A DNA stretch of 23,366 bases from Eledone cirrhosa (Eukaryota). The stretch's first letter is position 1, and each line of letters starts with the position of its first letter. A program made the position numbers and the translations under genes. Location: assembly GCA_964016885.1 (NCBI GenBank), contig CAXHJY010001461.1, positions 1 to 23,366 on the forward strand, read 5' to 3'. Positions 1 to 10,999 of the stretch are shown here, in pieces. The notes beneath the pieces were generated by a model. It did not search any database, was not told the origin of the DNA, and saw only the letters and a list, made by a program, of their open reading frames with translations.

Positions 1-206
1 AAATAAGGTAACATGATATGAGGCATAATAACACTTGTTTACAGGAAAGTGTATATATGTAGACTTGGCACTTTCCTGTAAACAAGTGGTATTATGCCTC
101 ATATCATGTTACCTTATTTTATCTGATGAGAAGACAATTTTTGTCCCAGGATGATTTTGTATTCGAAATGCGCATAATAAAATATATAGAACTCTTTTAA
201 CCATTT
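1..206 (+). mobile_element. Family A (divergent subfamily) hammerhead-bearing fold-back element, Penelope-like terminus; left end cut by the window edge
   Basis: 1-51 and 69-119 form an inverted repeat with 1 mismatch. 69-205 is homologous to 14753-14886. The element ends in (TA)n. Confidence 0.7.
115..184 (+). ncRNA. Type I hammerhead ribozyme
   Basis: Stem I TATTTTAT (115-122)/ATAAAATA (177-184), CTGATGA 123-129, long imperfect stem II closed by G130-C164, GAAA 165-168, palindromic stem III TGCGCA. Predicted cleavage after AUA at 176. Confidence 0.85.
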
Positions 207-230
207 ATATATATATATATATAATATATA

Positions 231-434
231 TATAAGATCAAAAGATGGTTAAAAGAGTTCCATGTATTTTATTATGCGCATTTCAAAAACAAATATCATC
301 ATGCAATAGCATTTGTGTTTTCATCAGATAAAATAGGAAGACATGATATGAAGGTTAAAAAACACTTGTGGATAGTGCAGTTTTAAATCAACATATCTGC
401 ATTGCTTTATTGTACTACAATAAAACTCACCTCC

Positions 435-435
<1 letters not shown>
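231..435. mobile_element. Family A element: inverted arm joined to the 3' tail, flanked by (TA)n
   Basis: 231-397 matches 14581-14747 and 393-435 matches 14946-14988. The two parts are joined through an ATATC microhomology. Confidence 0.75.
265..335 (-). ncRNA. Type I hammerhead ribozyme
   Basis: Minus strand reads TATTTTAT-CTGATGA-AAACACAAAT...ATTTGTTTTT-GAAA-TGCGCA-TA-ATAAAATA. Confidence 0.85.
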
Positions 436-489
<54 letters not shown>

Positions 490-554
490 TAGAATAATTG
501 ACAACGGAAAGCAAGAAGAACGAAACCTTAAAATAATTTTTTTAAATAAAAAAA

Positions 555-678
555 AGTGTCGCATGGCTGGAAAGAAAATTAGTGCAATGAAAACTGAGAC
601 ACTTGTCCTCTCGAGGAAGCTTGTGCAGTGCACTCTACATGTGAATGAAGTTCCACTGATGAATTTCAAGTATCATGG
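555..678 (+). mobile_element. Decayed RTE-clade (Expander/Rex3-like) LINE reverse transcriptase fragment, part 1
   Basis: Translates as CRMAGKKISAMKTETLVLSRK...NFKYHG, matching the end of the RTE RT domain (G..I...K.E.MV...FKYLG). Confidence 0.75.
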
Positions 679-1417
679 ATATACGCAGACTAGAGAGGAA
701 CGAAGCTTGCATGCTCCGCTGGATTTGTAATAGTAATATACGTGAACGGCAAAGCATAAACGAACTAAGGGAAAAATTAGAAATAAGAGGGATCAGATGT
801 TGTTTACTCGAGAGAAGGCTATGTTGGTATGGTCACGTGATGCGCATGAAAGACGACAGCTGTATAAAAAAGTGCAGGGCAATAAAGATAGACGGTAGCC
901 ACGGAGTAGGCAGACCCAGAAAAACCTGGGACGACTTGATAAATTCCGACCTCACACACTTACACCTCTCCAAGACAATGTCACTGGACCGAGATCTTTG
1001 GCGGTACTCAGTAATAGAGAAGACCCGCCTTACCTGAATACAAAGTAACACCTACTACAGTCAGTAGGCATCTCTAACAAAACACACCCCCACCCCATCC
1101 ACACCGCCCCTTTCAATGTAAAGTTATGTTGGTACTACAACATCCAGGCCGAAACAAATGAGATCGTGTAGGTGTCACGACAAAAAAACACAGTCCACGC
1201 TGTAAATGTGGCCGTGTAGGTAACACGGTAAAAACCTCCCAGCCCCACACTGTAAATGTGGTTGGTGTTAGGAAGGGCATCCAGCCGTAGAAAACCCGCC
1301 AGATAGTCCTATGCGAGCAAGACAACCACTCTTGCCTCAAGTGGGAAAACTCCCGTCCAAACCCATGCAAGCGTGGAACACGGACGTTAAACGTTGATGA
1401 TGATGATGATGATGATG
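679..1417 (+). mobile_element. 5'-truncated RTE-clade LINE: ORF C-terminus, 3' UTR and (GAT)n tail
   Basis: ORF to 1037 contains RRLCWYGHVMRM...GRPRKTW...DRDLWR. The 3' UTR contains GGTGTTAGGAAGGGCATCCAGCCGTAGAAA and ends in (GAT)n at 1396-1420. ATGG is present on both sides (675-678, 1418-1421). Confidence 0.9.
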
Positions 1418-1745
1418 ATGGCGTCCTGTTCACGAGTGATGGAAGGCAGTAGGTTGAATTAAGTGAAAGATTTGCAGGAGTTGGTTCAGTAATGTGCCAG
1501 CTTCAATATTCAGTAATCAGAAGAAGGGGGGGTAGGTGTAAAAGCTAAACTCGCTATCTTCAATTCGGTTTCCGTGCCAACCCTTACCCGTGGTCATGAA
1601 TCTTGGGTAATGAGCGAAAGAATATATATGATCGCGAATACAAGCGACCGAAATGGGGCTTTCTCCGAAGGGTCTTTGGAGTAACGTTACTTGATAGAGT
1701 TCGTAGGCTTGGGGGATCAGAGAGTCACTTCAGGTAGAGCGGCTA
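1418..1745 (+). mobile_element. Decayed RTE-clade (Expander/Rex3-like) LINE, part 2
   Basis: Translates as GVLFTSDGR*...KAKLAIFNSVSVPTLTRGHESWVMSER...RIQATEMG/FLRRVFGVTLLDRVR with a stop and frameshifts. It directly continues part 1. Confidence 0.8.
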
Positions 1746-1747
1746 TA

Positions 1748-1754
1748 TGTGTGT

Positions 1755-1803
<49 letters not shown>
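1748..1803. repeat. (GT)n microsatellite
   Basis: Direct reading. Confidence 0.95.
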
Positions 1804-1804
<1 letters not shown>

Positions 1805-1931
1805 TGACCCTGTGATATACAGACAAAAACCCCAGAGTAACATGGCACATTATTTAACCTCAATAAAATGAATATTAAAACTCTACTTTGATATTGAGTA
1901 CTCCTTTCTATCAGCCGTCAAACACATACGG
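1804..1931 (+). mobile_element. Putative Penelope-like 3' tail fragment ending in (TA)n
   Basis: Carries ATATTAAAACTCTAC...TATTGAGTAC, shared with the hammerhead-bearing family E (4779-4910) and with family B. Confidence 0.45.
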
Positions 1932-3170
<1,239 letters not shown>

Positions 3171-3228
3171 TTGCGTATATTTATATATTGTTATATTTGG
3201 GGAGGGTCATATTGTTATAATATATCCA

Positions 3229-3284
<56 letters not shown>

Positions 3285-3301
3285 CATATATATATATATA
3301 T

Positions 3302-3369
3302 ATAACGAAGGAAGTGTGGTAAGGAACCAGGTGGACCATAACGCACCAGAGTACTCAATACTTTGGGTA

Positions 3370-3371
<2 letters not shown>
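3302..3371 (-). mobile_element. Family B 3' tail fragment in (TA)n
   Basis: Reverse complement of ~4133-4203 with a few substitutions. Confidence 0.75.
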
Positions 3372-3413
<42 letters not shown>

Positions 3414-3432
3414 GCCAGTGTGTGTGTATATA

Positions 3433-3474
<42 letters not shown>

Positions 3475-3635
3475 TATATACACACACGACGATGTTGCAG
3501 ATGTGCAACGAAAGATTTATGTAAACTATATATATAAGTGTTTGTCTATATTGTATCTGTATTATTTTTGACCGCCGGTCAGTCAATGGCAACATTGAGG
3601 ACCGAGTAAGTTAGATCGCAGATATATATATATAA

Positions 3636-3726
3636 AAGACAGCGAGAAGCGAAAACCAACCAAACAGTGAGTGTGTTCTGTTATTAATTCTGGCAATATT
3701 ACGCAAATATGACCCTCCCCAAATAT

Positions 3727-3733
<7 letters not shown>
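3636..3733 (+). mobile_element. Family D TA-flanked element end; inverted copy of its terminus at 3186-3213
   Basis: AATATGACCCTCCCCAAATATAACAAT occurs at 3707-3733 and its reverse complement at ~3187-3213. Both abut TA runs. Confidence 0.5.
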
Positions 3734-3774
<41 letters not shown>

Positions 3775-3778
3775 ATAT

Positions 3779-3929
3779 CATGCTTTGACGCATAGAGTTA
3801 CAGCCCTTGCCATCTGAGTTCAAATCCCGCCGAGGTTAACTTTGCCTTTCATCCTTACGGGGTCGATAACTTAAAGTACCAGTAATGTACTGGGTTATTG
3901 CTGGCCTTGTGCCAAAAGTAGAAACAATT
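3779..3929 (+). mobile_element. tRNA-derived SINE (family S), 5'-truncated
   Basis: B box GAGTTCAAATCCC, central TTTGCCTTTCATCCTTACGGGGTCGATAA, 3' end TAGAAACAATT. Five other copies lie in the window. Confidence 0.85.
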
Positions 3930-3982
3930 CTATATATAAAATATATAATATATACACACATATAGACACAAACACTGGCGTG

Positions 3983-4011
<29 letters not shown>

Positions 4012-4014
<3 letters not shown>

Positions 4015-4200
4015 GGAACATGTAAGACCCCGACGGCTGAGCTCAAGCCGTTTCGACGGCTAATTCTGGACTTAGCCGTCGAAACGGCTTGAGCTCAGCC
4101 GTCGGGGTCTTACTTGTTCCTATTACCCACTCTACTACCCTAAGTATTGAGTACTTTGGTGCGTTATGGTCCACCTGGTTCCTTACCACATTTCCTTCGT
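4012..4200 (+). mobile_element. Family B fold-back element with the 3' half of a hammerhead and a tail
   Basis: 52-bp arms 4012-4063/4072-4123 (1 mismatch). GAAA-CGGCT..AGCCG-TC at 4081-4103. Tail runs to 4200, with (TA)n on both sides. Confidence 0.75.
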
Positions 4201-4291
4201 TATATATATATATATATTATGAAGAGAGAAGAAACATTTAGATATAATTAGTAATAAAATGTATCATACCTAAACTGCTCCTAGATTCCTC

Positions 4292-4342
<51 letters not shown>

Positions 4343-4344
4343 TA

Positions 4345-4514
4345 GATTCCATGCACTGGTGGTTTTCCCCCCTGTTTTATTGATAGCGCACTGTATATAT
4401 CTCTCTGGTGTGTTACCTTTCCAACATATTGTATTTTAAAGAGCTCAGGATTTCTTCTCCTTTGAGCACATTATTTACAGGGAATGGCGAGGGCCCATGG
4501 CTCCGTTAATTTAT

Positions 4515-4518
<4 letters not shown>
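4345..4518 (+). mobile_element. Family C element 3' end in (TA)n
   Basis: Nearly identical in reverse complement to 15023-15160. Carries the bulged stem-loop at 4443-4467. Confidence 0.7.
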
Positions 4519-4555
<37 letters not shown>

Positions 4556-4558
<3 letters not shown>

Positions 4559-4662
4559 CGAAGGAAATGTGGTAAGGAACCAGATGGACCATAACGCACC
4601 AAATCCAGAATTAGCTGCCGAAACGGCTTGAGCTCTGCCGTCGGGGTCATACTTGTTCCTAT
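4556..4662. mobile_element. Family B element, short form (inverted tail joined to the hammerhead-half arm)
   Basis: 4556-4603 is the reverse complement of the B tail. 4604-4662 is the B arm ending in GTTCCTAT(AT)n. Confidence 0.75.
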
Positions 4663-4727
4663 ATATATATATATATATATAGTGAAAAATTGAACGGGAA
4701 CAAAACAGAGAGGCAGTACGAACGCTC

Positions 4728-4778
<51 letters not shown>

Positions 4779-4779
<1 letters not shown>

Positions 4780-4910
4780 GTTATTCCGGGCTGAAACGGA
4801 GGTAACCACAGTAAGTAAGGTACTCAATACATTGTAGAGTATAAAAGTTTTAATATAGATGAGATTCTACAGGACTAGAACTGTTTCATTCTTTAGAAAT
4901 CATCAGGAAT
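4779..4910 (-). mobile_element. Family E hammerhead-bearing element end in (TA)n
   Basis: On the minus strand the hammerhead is followed ~30 nt later by the conserved stem-loop (4822-4840) and then the TA junction. Confidence 0.7.
4864..4910 (-). ncRNA. Minimal type I hammerhead ribozyme
   Basis: ATTC-CTGATGA-TTTCTAAAGAAT-GAAA-CAG(ttctagtc)CTG-TA-GAAT with a GUA cleavage triplet. Stem II is weak and its base is a U-U mismatch. Confidence 0.7.
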
Positions 4911-4933
4911 GTATATATCTATATATATACACA

Positions 4934-4963
4934 CGAGGGTCGGCTGAAAAATTTATAGGCTAG
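4934..4963 (+). mobile_element. Possible solitary mariner-type terminal inverted repeat
   Basis: CGAGGGTCGGCTGAAAAATTTATAGGCT resembles CGAGGG-starting mariner TIRs (from memory). No partner TIR was seen. Confidence 0.35.
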
Positions 4964-4965
4964 CT

Positions 4966-5625
4966 ATGGTGGTGGAGGTGTGGTGGTGGAGGAGGTATGG
5001 TGGTGGTGGTATGGTGGTGGTGTGGTGGTGGAGGAGGTATGGTGGTAGTGGTGGTGGTGTGGTGGTGGTGGAGGTATGGTGGTGGAGTGGTGGTGGAGGA
5101 GGTATGGTGGTGGTGGTGGTGGTGTGGTGGTGGAGGAGGTATGGTGGTGGTGGTGGTGTGGTGGTGGAGGAGGTATGGTGGTGGTGGTGGTGTGGTGGTG
5201 GAGGAGGTATGGTGGTGGTGTGGTGGTGGAGGAGGTATGGTGGTGGTGGAGGAGGTATGGTAGTGGTGGTGGTGGTGGTGGTGGTGTGGTGGTGGAGGAG
5301 GTATGGTGGTGGTGTGGTGGTGGTGGTGGTGTGGTGGTGGAGGAGGTATGGTGGTGGTGGTGGTGGTGTGGTGGTGGAGGAGGTATGGTGGTGGTGGTGG
5401 TGGAGGAGGTATGGTGGTGGTGGTGGTGGAGGAGGTATGGTGGTGGTGGTGGTGGTGTGGTGGTGGAGGAGGTATGGTGGTGGTGGTGGTGGTGTGGTGG
5501 TGGAGGAGGTATGGTGGTGGTGGTGGTGGAGGAGGTATGGTGGTGGTGGTGGTGGAGGAGGTATGGTGGTGGTGGTGGTGGTGTGGTGGTGGAGGAGGTA
5601 TGGTGGTGGTGGTGGTGGTGTGGTG
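4966..5625. repeat. (GGT)n-based minisatellite with GTGGTGGTGGAGGAGGTAT units
   Basis: Direct reading. Confidence 0.95.
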
Positions 5626-5795
5626 TTTGATCTGATGGCAGGATGGGTGGCTGTAAGGACATATGTATGTGACGGCAGAGTGGCTGGCTATGCGAGGAGA
5701 TAGGGAGAGACGCCGGGCAGAGTAATACGGGTGTTATGTGTCTTCGACTGGGATCAATGACGGCTCCCACGTTTCACTCGAGACATCTACCTCCA

Positions 5796-6590
5796 ACACA
5801 CCACCACCACCACCGCCACCACTATCACCACCACCACCGCCACCACCATTAGACCACACCAATACTATCACCACTACCACCACCACTATCACCACCACCA
5901 CCGCCACCACTATCACCACCACCACCGCCACCACCATTAGACCACACCAATACTATCACCACTACCACCACCACTATCACCACCACCACCGCCACCACTA
6001 TCACCACCACCACCGCCACCACCATTAGACCACACCAATACTATCACCACTACCACCACCACTATCACCACCACCACCGCCACCACTATCACCACCACCA
6101 CCGCCACCACCATTAGACCACACCAATACTATCACCACTACCACCACCACCACCGCTATCACCACCACCACCACCACCATTAGATCACACCAATACTATC
6201 ACCACCACCACTATCACCACCACCACCACCATTAGACCACACCAATACTATCACCACCACCACCACCACCGCCACCACCATTAGACCACACCAATACTAT
6301 CACCACCACCACCACCATTAGACCACAACAATACTATCAACCACCCCCCCCACCCCCCATCACCACCACCGCCACCGCTATCACCACCACCACCACCACC
6401 GCTATCACCACCACCACCACCGCCACCATTAGACCACAACAATACTATCACCACCCCCCCCCCCCACCACCATCACCATCACCACCACCACCACCGCCAC
6501 CACCATCACCACCACCACCACCCCCACCATCACCCCCCCCCCCCACCACCACCATCACCATCACCACCACCACCACCGCCGCCGCTATCA
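5796..6590. repeat. (ACC)n-based minisatellite with an 88-bp higher-order unit
   Basis: TTAGACCACACCAATACT at 5849, 5937, 6025 and 6113, followed by shorter degenerate units. Confidence 0.95.
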
Positions 6591-6760
6591 CTGTGATTGT
6601 TTCATGTGGTTATTTTAAAAATATAAATATATGTCAATCAATTTCTAGTTGATATAAAATGCTCGGATCTATTCATTGGAATCTTTGAGCTGATTCTACG
6701 GTGGATATGGCGCATGCCTCGGCCATGACTCCCTTAATTTAATTTAATTAAATTTATTTC

Positions 6761-6802
<42 letters not shown>

Positions 6803-6804
<2 letters not shown>

Positions 6805-6888
6805 GCAATCGTGAGGTTGTGAGTTCGATTCCAAAGACCAGGCGATGCGTTATGTCCTTGAGCAAGACACTTTATTTTACGTTGCTCC
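6803..6888 (+). mobile_element. CORE/V-type tRNA-derived SINE fragment
   Basis: B box GAGTTCGATTCC (6821-6832) followed by TGTCCTTGAGCAAGACACTT, the conserved CORE-like motif. Confidence 0.7.
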
Positions 6889-7035
6889 TTCTACCTGGAG
6901 TTGCGACCGATAGATAGTATTAGCAACTGGAAAGACCAACGGAAACATTGTTTCCTCGGTCCGATTTGACGAAAGTCGATCGATATATACGTATACACAC
7001 ACACACACACATATATATATATGGATGGAATATAT

Positions 7036-7113
<78 letters not shown>

Positions 7114-7338
7114 ATGGAATATATACACACACACACACATATATATATGTGTATATATATATATGGATGGAATATATACACACACACACATATATGTGGG
7201 TATATATATATATATGGATGAAATATATACACATACACATATATATATGTGTGTGTATATATATATATGTGTGTGTATATATATATACACACATACACAC
7301 GCATATATATATTTTTGGGACACCCTGTATATATATAC

Positions 7339-7526
7339 ATCCAGAGTTGACATTGCACTCAGTGCTCCTGTGGGAGCCCCTACATGGACACACTGGAAGA
7401 GGAAGACCAAGGTTAACGTATGTTGATGCCCTAAGGACAGACACTGGTCTGTTGGAGACGATAATGAGGGACAGAGACCGCTGGAGAGAACTCGTCCATG
7501 GATCTCGGGAATTTTACCCGCCCTAG
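7339..7526 (+). mobile_element. RTE/RTE-X-like LINE ORF C-terminal fragment
   Basis: Translates as [38 protein letters not shown]...[11 protein letters not shown]...stop. Confidence 0.8.
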
Positions 7527-7538
7527 AATATATATACA

Positions 7539-7639
7539 CAGGGTGTCCCAAAAATGTATACACACTTCAACAGCATTCTAATAAATATTGCCTGTACAGG
7601 TAGGTAATCAAAGTGTAAATACATTTTTTGGGACACCCC

Positions 7640-7640
<1 letters not shown>
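7539..7640. mobile_element. Tc1/mariner-type MITE (~100 bp); an additional solo TIR at 7312-7327
   Basis: TIRs CAGGGTGTCCCAAAAATGTATACACACTT and AAGTGTAAATACATTTTTTGGGACACCCCG. The solo copy TTTTTGGGACACCCTG is followed by TA. Confidence 0.75.
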
Positions 7641-7688
<48 letters not shown>

Positions 7689-8104
7689 CGTGTGTGTATG
7701 TGTGTGTGTGTTTATGTGTATTTATGTGTTTATGTGTGTATATATATATATATGTATGTATATGTGTGTGTATGTATATATATATATATATATTCATATA
7801 TGTATGTGTGTGAGTGTGTGTGTTTATGTGTGTGTATATATATATATGTATGTATATGTGTGTATATATGTATATATGTATGTATATGTGTGTATATATA
7901 TATATATATGTATGTATATATGTGTGTATATATATATATATGTATATGTGTGTATATATATGTATGTATATGTGTGTATGTAGATGTGTATATATATATA
8001 TATATATATGTATGTATATGCGTGTATATATATATATATGTATGTAAATGTGTGTATATATATATATATATGTATGTATATGTGTGTATATATATATATA
8101 TATG

Positions 8105-8165
<61 letters not shown>

Positions 8166-8220
8166 ATATATATGTATGTATATGTGTGTATATATATATG
8201 TATGTATATGTGTGTGTATG

Positions 8221-8251
<31 letters not shown>

Positions 8252-8333
8252 ATGTGTATATATATATATATATGTATGTATATGTGTGTATATGTGTGTG
8301 TATATATATATGTATGTATATGTGTGTATGTAG

Positions 8334-8371
<38 letters not shown>

Positions 8372-8432
8372 GCGTGTATATATATATATCTATATATATA
8401 TCTATATATATATATATGTATATATGTATGTA

Positions 8433-8463
<31 letters not shown>

Positions 8464-8525
8464 GTGTATATATATATATGTGTATGTATATGTATGTATA
8501 TGTATGTATATGTATGTATATGTGT
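7641..8525. repeat. Compound (TA)n/(TG)n/(TATG)n tract
   Basis: Direct reading. Confidence 0.95.
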
Positions 8526-8734
8526 AAAGGAGGAAGGATGTTGTGTGAGAGAAACCATATATAATTTCATTAAATGATATTAAATCCAACACCCCCCCCC
8601 CTCCCTCACCCCCACCTCTCACCTTTCACCTATTTCACCGTGGCTCTTCCTCAGTTCTCATCACACACACACACATACATGTATACATACACACACACAT
8701 ATACGTACATACATACACATGTATTCATATACAC

Positions 8735-8758
8735 ACCACCAGCACCAATACCACCACC

Positions 8759-8790
<32 letters not shown>

Positions 8791-9470
8791 CAACACCACC
8801 GCCGCCACCAACAACAACTACACCACCACCACCAGCACCAACACCAACACCAACACCACCAGCACTAACACACCGCCACCAACACCACCGCCGCCACCAA
8901 CAACAACAACACCACCACCGCCACCACCACCACCAACACCAACACCACCAGCACTAACACCAACACTACCACACCGCCACCAACACCACCGCCGCCACCA
9001 ACAACAACAACACCACCACCACCGCCACCACCACCACCACCACCACCACCAACACCACCAGCACTAACACCAACACTACCACACCGCCACCAACAACAAC
9101 AACACCACCACCGCCACCACCACCACCAACACCAACACCACCAGCACTAACACCAACACTACCACACCGCCACCAACACCACCAAGACCACCACCATCAC
9201 CACAAACAACAACACCACCAACAACAACACCAGCACTAACACCAACACCAACACTACCACCACCACCATCACCATCAACAACAACACCACCATCGCCGCC
9301 ACCACCATCACCATCAACGCCACCACAACCATCACCATCAACAACAACACCAACACTAATAAACCCCCCACACACACACACTCTCCAATACCCCCACCCC
9401 CACCCCCACCCACCACCGCCACACACACACACACACACAGCCCACCACCCACCGCCACCACCACCAACAT
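8735..9470. repeat. (ACC)n/(AAC)n low-complexity tract
   Basis: Direct reading. Confidence 0.95.
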
Positions 9471-9727
9471 CTCATCACTAAAATTAATGAAGCAATGTCT
9501 CAGTTTCCGGCCATCTTCTGAGACAGTTGTCAGTTCTTTTGGTGGTCCTTGCTGCTGGTTGCCATAGAGATGTCACCCACCCCACCATAACCATGGAGAC
9601 GGGGGGGCTCTCCCCCCGTGCCACCCATGTCACACTCAATTTCAAATACCCGAACTATATTTCTGCTAAGTTTATAATAATTAAGCCCCCCCCCCGTCTA
9701 TTAGAGGCGGCGGAGTGACAGAGTCTG

Positions 9728-10950
9728 GTGTGGTTGTTGTTGTTGTTGTGGTGGTGGTGGTTGGTGTGGTGGTTGTTGTTGTGGTTGTTGTTGGTGTGGT
9801 TGTTGTGGTGGTGGTGGTTGGTGTGGTTGTTGTTGTGGTTGTTGTTGTGGTGGTAGTTGATGCGGTTGTTGTGGTTGTTGTTGTGGTGGTGGTTGGTGTG
9901 GTTGGTGTGGTTGTTGTTGTGATGGTGGTTGGTGTGGTTGTTGTGGTTGTGGTTGTTGTGGTGGTGGTTGGTGCGGTTGTTGTTGTGGTTGTTGTTGTGG
10001 TGGTAGTTGGTGTGGTTGTTGTGGTTGTTGTTGTGGTGGTGGTTGTTGTGGTTGTTGTTGTGGTTTTTGTTGTGGTGGTGGTTGGTGTGGTTGTTGTGGT
10101 TGTTGTTGTGATGGTGGTTGGTGTGGTTGTTGTGGTTGTTGTTGTGATGGTGGTTGGTGCGGTTGTTGTTGTGGTTGTTGTTGTGGTGGTGGTTGGTGCG
10201 GTTGTTGTTGTGGTTGTTGTTGTGGTGGTGGTTGATGTGGTTGTTGTGGTTTTTGTTGTGGTGGTGGTTGGTGTGGTTGTTGTGGTTGTTGTTGTGATGG
10301 TGGTTGGTGTGGTTGTTGTGGTTGTTGTTGTGATGGTGGTTGGTGCGGTTGTTGTTGTGGTTGTTGTTGTGGTGGTGGTTGGTGCGGTTGTTGTTGTGGT
10401 TGTTGTTGTGGTGGTGGTTGGTGCGGTTGTTGTTGTGGTTGTTGTTGTTATTGTTGGTTTTGTTGTTGTTGGTGATGATGGTGATGTTGTTGGTGTTGTT
10501 GCAGTAGTCTTCAGGTGTAGTCTGTCATGATTAGTTCTAAATGGTGCCAAGCAGGTGTCTAATAGCAACATACCTGATGCCTTAATATTGGAGGTGGCGG
10601 TAGGGTGGTGTTGGGTGGTAGGGTGGTGGTATGGTGGTGGAAGGGTGGTGGTAGGGTGGTGTTGGGTGGTAGGGTGGTGGTAGGGTGGTGGTATGGTGGT
10701 GGTAGGGTGGTGGTAGGGTGGTGGTGGTATGGTGGTAGTATGGTGGTGGTATGGTGGTGGTAGGGTGGTGGTATGGTGGTGGTGGTATGGTGATGGTATG
10801 GTGGTGGTAGGGTGGTGGTATGGTGGTGGTGGTATGGTGGTAGGGTGGTGTTGGGGTGGTATGGTGGTGTTGGGGTGGTATGGTGGTGTTGGGGTGGTAT
10901 GGTGGTGTTGGGGTGGTATGGTGGTGTTGGGTGGTTTGGTGGTTGTGGGT
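9728..10950. repeat. (GTT)n/(GGT)n tracts interrupted by a unique island at 10501-10590
   Basis: Direct reading. Confidence 0.95.
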
Positions 10951-10999
10951 GGAGTTCTGGAATTTACTCCGCTCCCTCGGGTTTTTATTTTATTTAGTA

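Noticed and set aside
656-680. CTGATGA hammerhead-like core
   Set aside because: No downstream stem II-GAAA-stem III, and it lies within the RTE coding remnant.
8630-8660. Minus-strand CTGAGGA...GAAA
   Set aside because: Stems I-III cannot form.
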